From: an uncultured Clostridium sp.
Lineage (GTDB): Bacteria; Bacillota; Clostridia; TANB77; CAG-508
Direction: 5' to 3'
NCBI GenBank assembly: GCA_945919455.1
Contig: CAMEJH010000004.1
Coordinates: forward strand, 17 to 64,016
DNA: 64,000 bases
Shown: positions 9,107 through 18,724 of the stretch, piece after piece
How the letters are laid out: each line of letters opens with the position of its first letter
Position numbering within the stretch: the first letter of the stretch is position 1
The notes under the pieces: generated by a model
Database searches by the model: none
Told to the model about the DNA's origin: nothing
The model's input: the letters and a program-made list of their open reading frames with translations, nothing else
Made by a program: the position numbers and the translations under genes

Positions 9107-9562
9107 TTATACAAATAATAATTTTACCACAAATAAAAATATTGTCATAGCTGACATAGCTGTATCCATAAATCCTTCTGTGGTTTCTCCCATTTCATCA
9201 ACTATAGAAATTTCATAAGCTTTTATATCTGATATTTTAAAATATGTTTCTATATTTTTGGTTTCATCTTTACTTATATTGCCTATTTCTATATATTGAG
9301 TTCCTAAAACATTTCCCATGTCTGAGTACAAGTCTATTTTTATGTACTTTCCACTTAGTTCTTCATTTTCTATAGATAATTTTATTCTTCCATTTACTTT
9401 TGTTGATTGAATTTGTGAAACCTGTATTCCTGTTGGAATTGTTCCTATATTTTGCATATCTTTATATGTAGTATTTAGTCCAACATATATTAATATATCT
9501 GAAAATATCCAAAATAATATTATCCAAATTGCATATTTAGCAAAAGTTTTTAATCTATCCAT
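9107..9562 (-). CDS. Hypothetical membrane protein (N- and C-terminal hydrophobic segments)
   Basis: 151-aa ORF with RBS aaaggagaaataaaATG and two hydrophobic stretches. Confidence 0.55.
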   Translation of the reverse strand: MDRLKTFAKYAIWIILFWIFSDILIYVGLNTTYKDMQNIGTIPTGIQVSQIQSTKVNGRIKLSIENEELSGKYIKIDLYSDMGNVLGTQYIEIGNISKDETKNIETYFKISDIKAYEISIVDEMGETTEGFMDTAMSAMTIFLFVVKLLFV

Positions 9563-9700
9563 TTTATTTCTCCTTTTATTACGATATCTTCTATATTATA
9601 CTATATTTTGCCAGTATTTGCAACTATTCGGATATTAATTGTCATTTTTGTAACAAAAACTTTCTTACAAAATATAATATACAAATGAAAGGAGTTTTTT

Positions 9701-10405
9701 ATGGACTATGAATTAATGATGAATGGAAATGTAAAAATTGGGCAACATGCTCCAGATTTTACAGCTGAAACTACATATGGAACTGTGAAACTTGATGATT
9801 ATAAAGGAAAATGGTTAGTATTATTTTCTCATCCAGGTGATTTTACTCCAGTCTGTACTACAGAAATGATTGCATTTGCTAAAGCTAATCCTTATTTCGA
9901 AAGACTTAATACTTGTTTATTAGGGCTTAGCATTGATAGTAATCCATCTCATTTAGAATGGATGCAAGATATTTACTGTATGACTGGTATTGTTTTACCT
10001 TTTCCTATTATTGCAGATAGAAATGGTGCTATTGCCAGAAAATATGGAATGATTTCTAATGATGTTAGCAATACAGAAACTGTAAGAAATGTTTTTATTA
10101 TTGATGATAAAGGTATTGTTAGAGTTATTTTAGTTTATCCTTTAAATGTTGGAAGATTTGTTCCTGAAATTTTAAGAATTATACAAGCATTACAAATGGC
10201 TGATTGTAACAAAGCTTCTACTCCTGCTAATTGGCTTCCTGGTCAGCCAATAATTATGCCTTCTCCTCGTACATTTCCTTTGTTACAAGAAAGATTAAAT
10301 TATATTAATCAAAATAATAATGGAATGAGTTGGTATCTAGCTTTTCAAGAGCCAAAACAAGAGTGTTTAGATAATCCTGATAATAATTGTAAGAAAGAAG
10401 GATAG
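9701..10405 (+). CDS. Peroxiredoxin (Prx6/1-Cys-like subfamily, C-terminal Cys pair)
   Basis: HPGDFTPVCTTE peroxidatic Cys motif, thioredoxin-fold length, RBS aaaggag. Confidence 0.85.
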   Translation: MDYELMMNGNVKIGQHAPDFTAETTYGTVKLDDYKGKWLVLFSHPGDFTPVCTTEMIAFAKANPYFERLNTCLLGLSIDSNPSHLEWMQDIYCMTGIVLPFPIIADRNGAIARKYGMISNDVSNTETVRNVFIIDDKGIVRVILVYPLNVGRFVPEILRIIQALQMADCNKASTPANWLPGQPIIMPSPRTFPLLQERLNYINQNNNGMSWYLAFQEPKQECLDNPDNNCKKEG

Positions 10406-10422
10406 AAGCAGAACTTCTATCC
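10400..10422. terminator. Shared hairpin overlapping the stop codons of two convergent genes
   Basis: ggatagaag-cagaa-cttctatcc. Both the peroxiredoxin and the HNH gene end inside the stem. Confidence 0.5.
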
Positions 10423-11088
10423 CTCTTTTGGCCATTTAAATATTACTTCAACATTTTCCAAAATAATTGTTGGAATTTCTGTAATTACATTGTTTTTAGC
10501 ATAAAGCACTTCAGTAAATCCATCTAATACAAATCCATTGCAATCCACAATGATTGGCTTAGGAAATTGTTTTGTCCGAGCATAAAACTCATCTGTTTTT
10601 CTATATTTATCTGTACTAGTATCCTGCAAATTAATCCATAACAGCAAGTCAGAAATTTTAGAGCTACTTATCCAATCTTTAGGCAATATATGGAGCCATC
10701 TCTCTTGAAAAACTCTAACACTTTCAAAGTCTTGTTTAAATTCCTTCTGTTGTTGAAATTCTTGCAATTTTTGGTAACTTTCATATTGCTCTGGTGTCAT
10801 ATTTTCTTTTTTTTCATTACAGGTCTTACATGCTGGTATCAAGTTTTGGGGAATTGTTGGTCCTCCTAGTGATCTCGGATAAATATGATCCAATGTTATC
10901 TTATTGGGCATTATTTTTCTACCACAATAATAGCATCTTTCCCTTCCTTTTATTTCATATGTTATATCATACATCAAATCTTCAAATCTCAAATGCCGAG
11001 CATACATTTTTAATATTCCATTTTCTTCAAATGCAATAATATTTTCTTTCTTAGTGAAAACATAGCCTTTTGGAATTTCGATAATCAT
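10417..11088 (-). CDS. HNH endonuclease with C-terminal ParB/Srx-like (degenerate) domain
   Basis: CYYCG...LDHIYPRSLGGP...NLIPACKTCNEKK is an HNH motif. The C-terminal PIIVDCNGFVLDGFTEVLYAK resembles a ParB-like nuclease core lacking the HR residues. Start set at the internal ATG 11088 with RBS aggagaggag. The track ORF runs to 11151. Confidence 0.7.
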   Translation of the reverse strand: MIIEIPKGYVFTKKENIIAFEENGILKMYARHLRFEDLMYDITYEIKGRERCYYCGRKIMPNKITLDHIYPRSLGGPTIPQNLIPACKTCNEKKENMTPEQYESYQKLQEFQQQKEFKQDFESVRVFQERWLHILPKDWISSSKISDLLLWINLQDTSTDKYRKTDEFYARTKQFPKPIIVDCNGFVLDGFTEVLYAKNNVITEIPTIILENVEVIFKWPKEG

Positions 11089-11150
11089 CAAAAATTCTCC
11101 TCTCCTAATCTTTTCTTTAAATATATTACAACTTTTACTTATAGTCAACA

Positions 11151-12266
11151 CTATTTTATTATTATTTTGCTGTTCACACTTTTTTCTACTGGAAGATATA
11201 TCTTAAATGTTGTTCCTTTGTTTTTTTCACTTTTTACTTCTATTTTTCCTCCAGATAGTTCTACAATTCTTTTGGTTATTGCTAATCCTAAACCGCTTCC
11301 CTCGCCTGAATGAGATTTATCTATTTGATAAAATTTATCAAATATTTTTTTCAGTTCATTTTCATCCATACCAATACCATAGTCTTTAATCATTACTTCT
11401 ATTTTATCATCAGTATTTTTTATTTTAATATCAATAGCTCCCCCTTGATTAGAAAATTTTATAGCATTATCTATTAGGTTCATCCATACTTGATATATTA
11501 AATTTTTATCTCCGTAAAAATTCTTTTCTTGTAATGCTACATTGAATGTTATATCTTTTTCCTTCCATTTTGGTTCTAATACACTAACAGATTTACGTAT
11601 TTGTTCTGCTATTGAAAATTCTTCTTTATTTGTTATTCTTTCCTGGTTTTGTAACTTTGATAATTTTAGTATGTTAGATGATAAATTTAACAACCTATTG
11701 GATTCTTCTATTATTATACCAGCATATTCATTTCTTTCCTCATTAGTTAACTTTTCATCTTGTAATAGTTTTGCAAATCCTTGAATAGAACTTATTGGTG
11801 TTTTTATTTCATGTGATACATTATTTACAAATTCTTCTTGTAAACATTCTATACTCTTTAATTCTTTTACCATTTCATTAAAATTATCTGTAAGTTCTGC
11901 TACTTCATCTTGTCTTTTTGTTTCAAGCTTTACACTAAAATCTCCTGATGCTACTTTTTTTGTTGCTTCATTTAATTGTCGTAATGGTTGTAACATTTTT
12001 TTAGTCGCAAATTGTATCATTATAACACTTATTACAATAACACTTGCAATAGTTATGAACATACTTCTTCTAACAATATCTAATAGCTCCTCTATTTGTT
12101 CTCTGCTACTTATATGTATATCTATTAATTTATCATTTATAGAATTGTTTATCCCTAAATAAAAAATTGCAATAGATATTCCTATTACTAGTATTAGAGA
12201 TATTATAAATCTTATCACTAAATCTCTTTGTATAGAATTTTTCTTTCCAAAAATTTTATAAAACAT
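11151..12266 (-). CDS. Sensor histidine kinase (HAMP + HisKA + HATPase_c)
   Basis: Two N-terminal TM segments, H-box SHEIKTP, N box NLIDNAIKF and G boxes DYGIGM / GSGLGLAI. Confidence 0.9.
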   Translation of the reverse strand: MFYKIFGKKNSIQRDLVIRFIISLILVIGISIAIFYLGINNSINDKLIDIHISSREQIEELLDIVRRSMFITIASVIVISVIMIQFATKKMLQPLRQLNEATKKVASGDFSVKLETKRQDEVAELTDNFNEMVKELKSIECLQEEFVNNVSHEIKTPISSIQGFAKLLQDEKLTNEERNEYAGIIIEESNRLLNLSSNILKLSKLQNQERITNKEEFSIAEQIRKSVSVLEPKWKEKDITFNVALQEKNFYGDKNLIYQVWMNLIDNAIKFSNQGGAIDIKIKNTDDKIEVMIKDYGIGMDENELKKIFDKFYQIDKSHSGEGSGLGLAITKRIVELSGGKIEVKSEKNKGTTFKIYLPVEKSVNSKIIIK

Positions 12267-12267
12267 T

Positions 12268-12951
12268 TTATTTACCTTCTTCTTTAATTATTGCTTTATA
12301 TCCTATTCCTCTAATTGTTATTATCTCAAATTCGGGAACATCATTCATTTTTTCTCTAATTCTTTTTATATGTACATCAACTGTTCTATAGTCAGAATCA
12401 TTTTCCAGTCCCCACACTTCTTCTATTAATTCTTGTCTTGTAAAAATTGTATCTGGTGTACTTAATAATTTATATAATAAGTAAAACTCTTTTTGAGCTA
12501 ATTGATAATTTTTCCCATCTCTTTCCACTAGTAATTGGTGATAATCTAAAATTAATTTTCCTATTTGTAATTTTTGTTCATTTGTAGCTTTTGCTCTTTT
12601 TAATAACGCCTTTACTCTAAGTATCATTTCATCTATGTCTATTGGTTTTACCATATAGTCATCTGCTCCTAAAGAAAATCCCTCTTCTTTGTCCTTAAAA
12701 GTACTCTTTGCTGTTACTAATAAAATAGGAACATCATATTTAGCTTCCCTTAATGATTTTGTTAATTCATATCCATCCATCTCTGGCATCATTATGTCAC
12801 TTATTATTAAATCTATATAATTTTGATCTAATACATCTAATGCTTCAATGCCATTTGTAGCCTCATATGGATTATAGTCATTTCTTTTTAAACATGTTAC
12901 CATTAATTTTCTCAAGTTTTTATCATCTTCTACTACTAAAATATTAAACAT
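12268..12951 (-). CDS. OmpR-family response regulator
   Basis: Receiver domain (ILVVEDD...DLIISDIMMPEMDG...TAK) plus a winged-helix C-terminus (RTVDVHIKRIREK...IRGIGY). Confidence 0.9.
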   Translation of the reverse strand: MFNILVVEDDKNLRKLMVTCLKRNDYNPYEATNGIEALDVLDQNYIDLIISDIMMPEMDGYELTKSLREAKYDVPILLVTAKSTFKDKEEGFSLGADDYMVKPIDIDEMILRVKALLKRAKATNEQKLQIGKLILDYHQLLVERDGKNYQLAQKEFYLLYKLLSTPDTIFTRQELIEEVWGLENDSDYRTVDVHIKRIREKMNDVPEFEIITIRGIGYKAIIKEEGK

Positions 12952-13051
12952 CTATATCTCTCCTTTTTTGATAATTCAGTTCGGAAAATTTCATTCTGGG
13001 TTTCTTTTTTCCCATATATTTTAGCAAAGTTTTGTGAACTTTATATTAACA

Positions 13052-13081
13052 AAACCTCTTATATTATTATATAAGAGGTTT
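13052..13081 (-). terminator. Terminator downstream of the P-type ATPase
   Basis: A 12-bp perfect stem (aaacctcttata / tataagaggttt) with a 6-nt loop, 19 nt 3' of the stop at 13100. Confidence 0.65.
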
Positions 13082-13099
13082 GTATTAATTTCAATTATT

Positions 13100-15898
13100 C
13101 TATTCATTTTTTGCTGTATTTATTTTAAATAATTTTAATATTTCTACAATTACTATTGGTGCTAAAATTAAACATATTACTTCTATCATATTTCCCATTG
13201 GTAAAACTGGTATACTGAATACATGCCTCAATGCTGGAACGACTAAAATTATTCCCATTAAAAATGCTGATGCAAGAACTGCAAGTATTAATACTGAATT
13301 TCCTAATATTCCTGTTTTAAATATTGAATTCTTATTATCACGTATATTAAATACATGCACTAATTCTGAAAATGCTAGTACTATGAAAGCCATTGTCTGG
13401 CCAATTTCCATTTTTACTTCTTGTTTTGAAACATATCTTCCCCCATTATCTAGTATTTCTTCTAAGTTATCTATTTCGTCTATTTCTATTATTTGGTTTT
13501 CGTATTCTACCATAGTTGGTAATTTCTCATCTGGTGTTGCAAGACCAATTAAGAATGCTGCAAGTGTAAGTAAACCTATCATTATCCCCTGATACACAAT
13601 TCTAAATGTTCTGCCTTTTGTAAATATTCCTTCATTTTTCTTGATTGGCTTTCTACTCATTATATCTTTATTTGCTGGATCAAATGCTAATGCTAATGCA
13701 GGGAAAGTATCTGTTACAAGATTTATCCACAATATATGGATTGGAAGTAATACTTGTATCATTGTTATATCAGATATTCCAAACCATTTTCCAATAGCTG
13801 GCGCAAGTAACGTTGCTAACAATAATACGACTACTTCACCAACATTACATGATATTAAGAATTGTATTACTTTTAAGATATTGTCATATATACGCCTTCC
13901 TTCTTCTACTGCTGATACTATTGTTGCAAAATTATCATCTGTTAATATTACATCTGCAGCTTCTTTTGCTACTTCTGTTCCTACCTTTCCCATTGCACAT
14001 CCGATATCTGAAGTTTTTAGTGCTGGACTATCGTTTACTCCATCACCTGTCATAGCAACTACTTCTCCATTTGCCTGCCATGCTTTTACTATACGAACTT
14101 TATGTTCTGGCGATACTCTTGCATATACTGAATATTTTCTTACATTTTTTGTTAGTTCTTCATCAGATATTTTATCTAGTTCTAATCCTGTTAAAGCTTC
14201 ATCTTCATTTTCTAATATTCCTAACTTCTTAGCAATTGCAACTGCTGTTACTTTATGGTCACCTGTAATCATTACTGTTTTTATTCCAGCATGTTTACAT
14301 TTTTTTACTGCTTTTTTAGCTTCTTCTCTTGGTGGATCTATCATTCCTACCATTCCTATAAATGTTAATCCACTTTCAATTGTTTTCATTTCTTCTTTTG
14401 ATAGCATATGATCTATTTCTTTATATGCAAATGCTAATACTCTTAAAGCATCTTTTGCCATATTTTCATTATTTTTTCTTATCCAATTTGCATATTCATT
14501 TAAATTGGTTCTTACTTCTCCTTTGAATAAATATGAATTGCATATTTTTAATAATTCATCTACTCCACCTTTTGTGTAAACTGTATATTTTCCATTGTTT
14601 TCGTTTACAGTTGTCATCAATTTTCTTTCAGAGTCAAATGGAACTTCTTCTACTCTTGGATTTTCTCTATATATAGATTGTTCATAATCTAGTTTTAATG
14701 CCATATCTACTAGAGCCGTTTCTGTAGGGTCTCCTGCAATTTCTCCATTTTCTAGAACTCTTGAATCATTACATAACATACAGTTATATACAAGTTTATT
14801 AAAATCTTCTGTTGTTTCTACTTGGCCTACATTTGTTACTACATCATTACAAAATATTTTTTCTACTGTCATTTTATTTTGTGTTAGTGTTCCTGTTTTA
14901 TCTGAACATATTACTGTACTACTTCCTAAAGTTTCTACAGCTGGTAACTTCTTAACAATAGCATTTTTCTTTACCATTTTTTGAACACCTATTGCTAGTA
15001 CTATTGTTGATACAGCAACTAATCCTTCTGGTATTACTGCTACTGCAAGTGATACAGCTGTCATAAACATATCTATAACGCCTTTTTCTTGTAATAATCC
15101 AATAAAAAATATTACTGCACATATTGCTAATGCTGCAATTCCAAGTGTTTTTCCTAAACTATTTAATCTTCTTTGAAGTGGTGTTTCTTGTTTTTCTGTT
15201 GCATTTATCATTCCTGCTATTTTTCCTACTTCTGTATTCATTCCTGTTTCTACAACAATTGCTTTTCCTCTGCCATATGTTATTAGACTTGATGAAAATA
15301 GCATATTTACTCTGTCACCTATTCCAATTTCGTTTCCTTCTATTGCTTCTGTTTCTTTTTCTACAGGTACAGATTCTCCGGTTAAAGATGCCTCTTGTGA
15401 TTTTAAGTTCACTGCTTCTATTATTCTTAAATCTGCTGATACATAATCTCCTGTTTCTAAGATTACAATATCTCCTGGTACAAGTTCACGCGCTGGAATG
15501 GCAAGTTCTTTTCCATCTCTAATTACTTTTGCTGCATGTGCACTTAGTTTTTTTAATGCTTCTAATGATTTTTCTGCTTTGCTTTCTTGTACTACTCCTA
15601 TTACTGCATTTAATAATACTACTATTAATATTATTATTGTATCTGTTATTCCTTCTCCTTCTGCTATTCCTACTACTCCTGATACAATCGCAGCAATTAT
15701 AAGTACTATTATTGAAAAATCTTTAAATTGTGCTATAAATTTTTTGAATAATGAATCTTTCTTTTTTTCTTGTAGCTCATTTAATCCGTATTTTGTTTTG
15801 TGCTCTTCTACTTTTTTACTGCTTAACCCTTTGTCTAAATCTGTTTCTAATTCTTTTTCAACATCTTTTACAGTTTTGTTAAACCACTGTTTTTCCAT
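13100..15898 (-). CDS. Calcium-type (P2A) cation-transporting P-type ATPase
   Basis: CSDKTGTLT phosphorylation site, TGDGVNDSPALK hinge, IPEGL in TM4, about 10 hydrophobic segments. Start chosen at MEKQW (15898) for RBS spacing. The track ORF extends to 15955. Confidence 0.9.
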   Translation of the reverse strand: MEKQWFNKTVKDVEKELETDLDKGLSSKKVEEHKTKYGLNELQEKKKDSLFKKFIAQFKDFSIIVLIIAAIVSGVVGIAEGEGITDTIIILIVVLLNAVIGVVQESKAEKSLEALKKLSAHAAKVIRDGKELAIPARELVPGDIVILETGDYVSADLRIIEAVNLKSQEASLTGESVPVEKETEAIEGNEIGIGDRVNMLFSSSLITYGRGKAIVVETGMNTEVGKIAGMINATEKQETPLQRRLNSLGKTLGIAALAICAVIFFIGLLQEKGVIDMFMTAVSLAVAVIPEGLVAVSTIVLAIGVQKMVKKNAIVKKLPAVETLGSSTVICSDKTGTLTQNKMTVEKIFCNDVVTNVGQVETTEDFNKLVYNCMLCNDSRVLENGEIAGDPTETALVDMALKLDYEQSIYRENPRVEEVPFDSERKLMTTVNENNGKYTVYTKGGVDELLKICNSYLFKGEVRTNLNEYANWIRKNNENMAKDALRVLAFAYKEIDHMLSKEEMKTIESGLTFIGMVGMIDPPREEAKKAVKKCKHAGIKTVMITGDHKVTAVAIAKKLGILENEDEALTGLELDKISDEELTKNVRKYSVYARVSPEHKVRIVKAWQANGEVVAMTGDGVNDSPALKTSDIGCAMGKVGTEVAKEAADVILTDDNFATIVSAVEEGRRIYDNILKVIQFLISCNVGEVVVLLLATLLAPAIGKWFGISDITMIQVLLPIHILWINLVTDTFPALALAFDPANKDIMSRKPIKKNEGIFTKGRTFRIVYQGIMIGLLTLAAFLIGLATPDEKLPTMVEYENQIIEIDEIDNLEEILDNGGRYVSKQEVKMEIGQTMAFIVLAFSELVHVFNIRDNKNSIFKTGILGNSVLILAVLASAFLMGIILVVPALRHVFSIPVLPMGNMIEVICLILAPIVIVEILKLFKINTAKNE

Positions 15899-16151
15899 TT
15901 GCATCTTTCCTTTCTTGACAATTTTTGTAATTTTGTGCCGGACCTTTTTTTGCATTTTTTATTTTGCACCTATATTGTAACCATTTTTTAGAAGTTGTAT
16001 TAAAAAACAAGACCTCTAAAGAAAAAATATATTAATTTATATCCTTTCTTTAAAAGTCTCGTTTACTTTTTTTAAAAGCTTGTTAACCAGATATTAAAAT
16101 CGCGACTGTTGATTAACAATTTAAAACTACTCCCTTTTAAGGTTGTATATA

Positions 16152-16226
16152 TGGTGACCCGTACGAGAATCGAACTCATGATTCCACCTTGAGAGGGTGG
16201 CGTCTTAACCGCTTGACCAACGGGCC
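16152..16226 (-). tRNA. tRNA-Glu (anticodon CUC), CCA encoded
   Basis: Hand-folded 75-nt cloverleaf: acceptor GGCCCGT/ACGGGTC, anticodon stem CCACC/GGTGG, loop CTCTCAA, T-loop TTCGATT, A73, CCA. Confidence 0.9.
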
Positions 16227-16253
16227 ATATGTTTACCATATGTTTACCATATA

Positions 16254-16282
16254 TTTATACCATATTTTTCATTTGTAGTCAA
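16254..16282 (-). promoter_or_regulatory. Candidate sigma-A promoter for tRNA-Glu (TTGACT-17-TATAAA with upstream TG)
   Basis: The minus strand reads ttgact-acaaatgaaaaatatgg-tataaa, about 28 nt upstream of the mature tRNA 5' end. Confidence 0.45.
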
Positions 16283-16300
16283 TTGTTTTTTACATTTTTA

Positions 16301-16329
16301 TTGACTTAAAAATTTTTTTATAGTACAAT
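16301..16329 (+). promoter_or_regulatory. Candidate sigma-A promoter for the FHA-ABC transporter (TTGACT-17-TACAAT)
   Basis: Hexamers with 17-nt spacing lie 23 nt upstream of ATG 16352. RBS aaaggag lies between. Confidence 0.5.
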
Positions 16330-16351
16330 TTTTTAAAAGGAGTATAAATAA

Positions 16352-18694
16352 ATGGAAAAAGAAAACAGAGAATTAGATGATTTTGTTCACCATAGACATA
16401 CAGCAAAACAATTTGAAAGCTATTTTTTAACAATATTAGATGATAATGGATTGAAATCAATTAACCTCTCATCATTTGGCAAAGCAAAAATCACTTTTGG
16501 CTCATCAGAAGAGAATGATATTGTATTAGCTTCCAATGCAGTTGATTATAGTCAAGGATATTTAGAAATAAATGAATATGGAGTATTAGCTGTAAATACA
16601 AGTAGCAGTATTCCTATGTTTGGTAACAATAATAAGATATTTGACAATGTATATTTATCAGAGGGTAGTTTCATTAAAATAATAGATAGCACATTAGAAT
16701 CTTCTCTAGGAGTTTTGATGATAATGTCTATCAATCAAAATCTAGATGAATGGAAACCTTATACTTTATCAAATGGAAATTTATCAATTGGTAGTAGTGG
16801 TTCTTGCGATATAATCTTATCTCCTGCAGGAGTAGCCAAACATCATGCTACTATTCGCCATTCATTAAATAAAACTTTTATTTTTGATGAAAGTAGCATA
16901 AATGGTGTTTATGTAAATGGCAGTAAAATTCCTGTATCAACTGGAGTTGCACTAAAAAATTTAGATGTTATTTTAATAGGAAATACAAAAATAATTTTAC
17001 ATGATGATAAGTTATTTTATCAAATTTTTGAAAGAGGTATTCGTTTAGATGCAATTGATATAGTAAAAAGAGTGCGTATAAAATTTAAAGTAAGAGAAAT
17101 TTCATCTCATGTAAGTATGACTATAAATCCATCTGAATTTGTTGCATTTGTTGGTGGGTCTGGTGCAGGAAAATCCACATTTATGAAATGTATTAGTGGT
17201 GTTGATAAACCAACTTCTGGTACAGTTTTACTAAATGGTGAAAACCTATATGCAAATTACGAAAATCTAAAATATAATATTGGATATGTTCCCCAAGATG
17301 ATATAGTTTTCTCAAATTTAACTTTACATGATATGCTTCAATATGCAGCAAAACTTAGAATGCCAGATAATACTTCACGAAAAGATCGCAATCAACGTAT
17401 TAAAGAAGTTCTAGAAATTGTAAATTTATCAGATTTTGAAAGTTCATATATAAGGCAATTAAGTGGCGGACAAAGAAAAAGAGCCAGTATAGCTGTTGAA
17501 CTTCTAGCCGATCCTAATTTATTTTTCTTGGACGAACCAACAAGTGGTCTAGACCCAGGTACAGAAAGAAGTATTATGAAAACATTAAGAAAAATGTCAC
17601 AAATGGGAAAAACAATCATCCTTGTAACGCATAACACTCTAAATTTACATTTATGTGATAAAGTTGCTTTTTTTGGTGATGGTGGTCACTTATGTTTTTA
17701 CGGTCCTCCACAAGATGCATTAACCTTCTTTGGAGTTGATGATTTTGTTGATATATATACATTAATCAACGAAAATCAAGAATATTGGTATGAAAAATTT
17801 CAGAGTACTCAAACACCAACAGTAAGAAAAGAAGTTCAAAAAAGCAAAAGTAATAATATTGTTAATAAAAAGAAATCATTTTTCAAGCAATTAATTATTT
17901 TAATTAGACGATATATCAAACTTATCTCAAATGATTTTCAACAATTACTTATATTATTTGCTCAAGCTCCCATAGTTGCTATTTTGCTTTCTATTGTTAC
18001 AACAGATGATTTATATAAAAGTTATGATGATACAAAAGCTATTCTATTTTCAATAGGTTGTGCTGCAATTTGGTTAGGATTATTAAATTCAGTACAAGAG
18101 ATTTGTAAAGAAAAAGTAATCTTACAAAAAGAACATATGGCAGATTTAAAACTTTCGGCATATATACTTTCAAAATTCATAGTTCAAGGATTATTAGCAT
18201 TTATACAATCCTGGATTTTAGTATTCATTTTTCAAAAAATAGTTGGTACATCAGAATATAGTATATTGATAGATTCATTTTGGGATATACAAATTATTTG
18301 CTTTTTATCAATATTATCTTCTGCTACAATGGGACTTTTTATATCAGCTGCAGTAAAAAACTCAAATATTGCAATGACAATACTCCCACTTATATTAGTA
18401 CCTCATTTATTATTTTCAGGAATGCTATTTAAACTTGAAGGAGCAGCAGATTTTATCTCAAACTTCATTTTATGTAGATGGACTGTTGAAGGATTAGGAA
18501 CAAGTGCAAATCTAAATGCTTTAACACATATGGTACAAACTATAAATCCTATGCTTGAAGTAGAAGCAGAAGAATATTTCACCTTTACAATTGAACATAT
18601 GCAACATATTATTGGAATTATTTTATTAATGACATTTGTTTTATTAGTCGGAAGTTATATAGTTTTAAGAAAAAATGTTGATAAAAATATGTAA
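16352..18694 (+). CDS. FHA-FHA-ABC ATPase-ABC2 permease fusion transporter (Rv1747-like architecture)
   Basis: Two FHA-like segments (ITFGSSEENDIVL...; LSIGSSGSCDIIL...HHATI...NGVYVNG). Walker A GGSGAGKST, signature LSGGQRKR, Walker B LFFLDEPTSGLD, then six hydrophobic segments. Confidence 0.85.
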   Translation: MEKENRELDDFVHHRHTAKQFESYFLTILDDNGLKSINLSSFGKAKITFGSSEENDIVLASNAVDYSQGYLEINEYGVLAVNTSSSIPMFGNNNKIFDNVYLSEGSFIKIIDSTLESSLGVLMIMSINQNLDEWKPYTLSNGNLSIGSSGSCDIILSPAGVAKHHATIRHSLNKTFIFDESSINGVYVNGSKIPVSTGVALKNLDVILIGNTKIILHDDKLFYQIFERGIRLDAIDIVKRVRIKFKVREISSHVSMTINPSEFVAFVGGSGAGKSTFMKCISGVDKPTSGTVLLNGENLYANYENLKYNIGYVPQDDIVFSNLTLHDMLQYAAKLRMPDNTSRKDRNQRIKEVLEIVNLSDFESSYIRQLSGGQRKRASIAVELLADPNLFFLDEPTSGLDPGTERSIMKTLRKMSQMGKTIILVTHNTLNLHLCDKVAFFGDGGHLCFYGPPQDALTFFGVDDFVDIYTLINENQEYWYEKFQSTQTPTVRKEVQKSKSNNIVNKKKSFFKQLIILIRRYIKLISNDFQQLLILFAQAPIVAILLSIVTTDDLYKSYDDTKAILFSIGCAAIWLGLLNSVQEICKEKVILQKEHMADLKLSAYILSKFIVQGLLAFIQSWILVFIFQKIVGTSEYSILIDSFWDIQIICFLSILSSATMGLFISAAVKNSNIAMTILPLILVPHLLFSGMLFKLEGAADFISNFILCRWTVEGLGTSANLNALTHMVQTINPMLEVEAEEYFTFTIEHMQHIIGIILLMTFVLLVGSYIVLRKNVDKNM

Positions 18695-18724
18695 AAAAAA
18701 GCTTGAATAAAATCAAGCTTTTAT
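18693..18724. terminator. Bidirectional terminator between convergent genes
   Basis: An 8-bp stem (aagcttga / tcaagctt) flanked by A8 and a T-run. Confidence 0.7.

Noticed and set aside
13383-15980. Track ORFs antisense to the P-type ATPase (13383-13592, 13641-14411, 13813-14055, 15124-15522, 15498-15980)
   Set aside because: Their composition is low-complexity Ser/Ile/Leu/Phe-rich, typical of the reverse strand of an AT-rich gene. They have no RBS and lie fully inside a gene with unambiguous motifs. The same reasoning applies to similar antisense ORFs inside relA (42549-43319), obg (24860-25763), recA (46418-47329), the giant gene and others.
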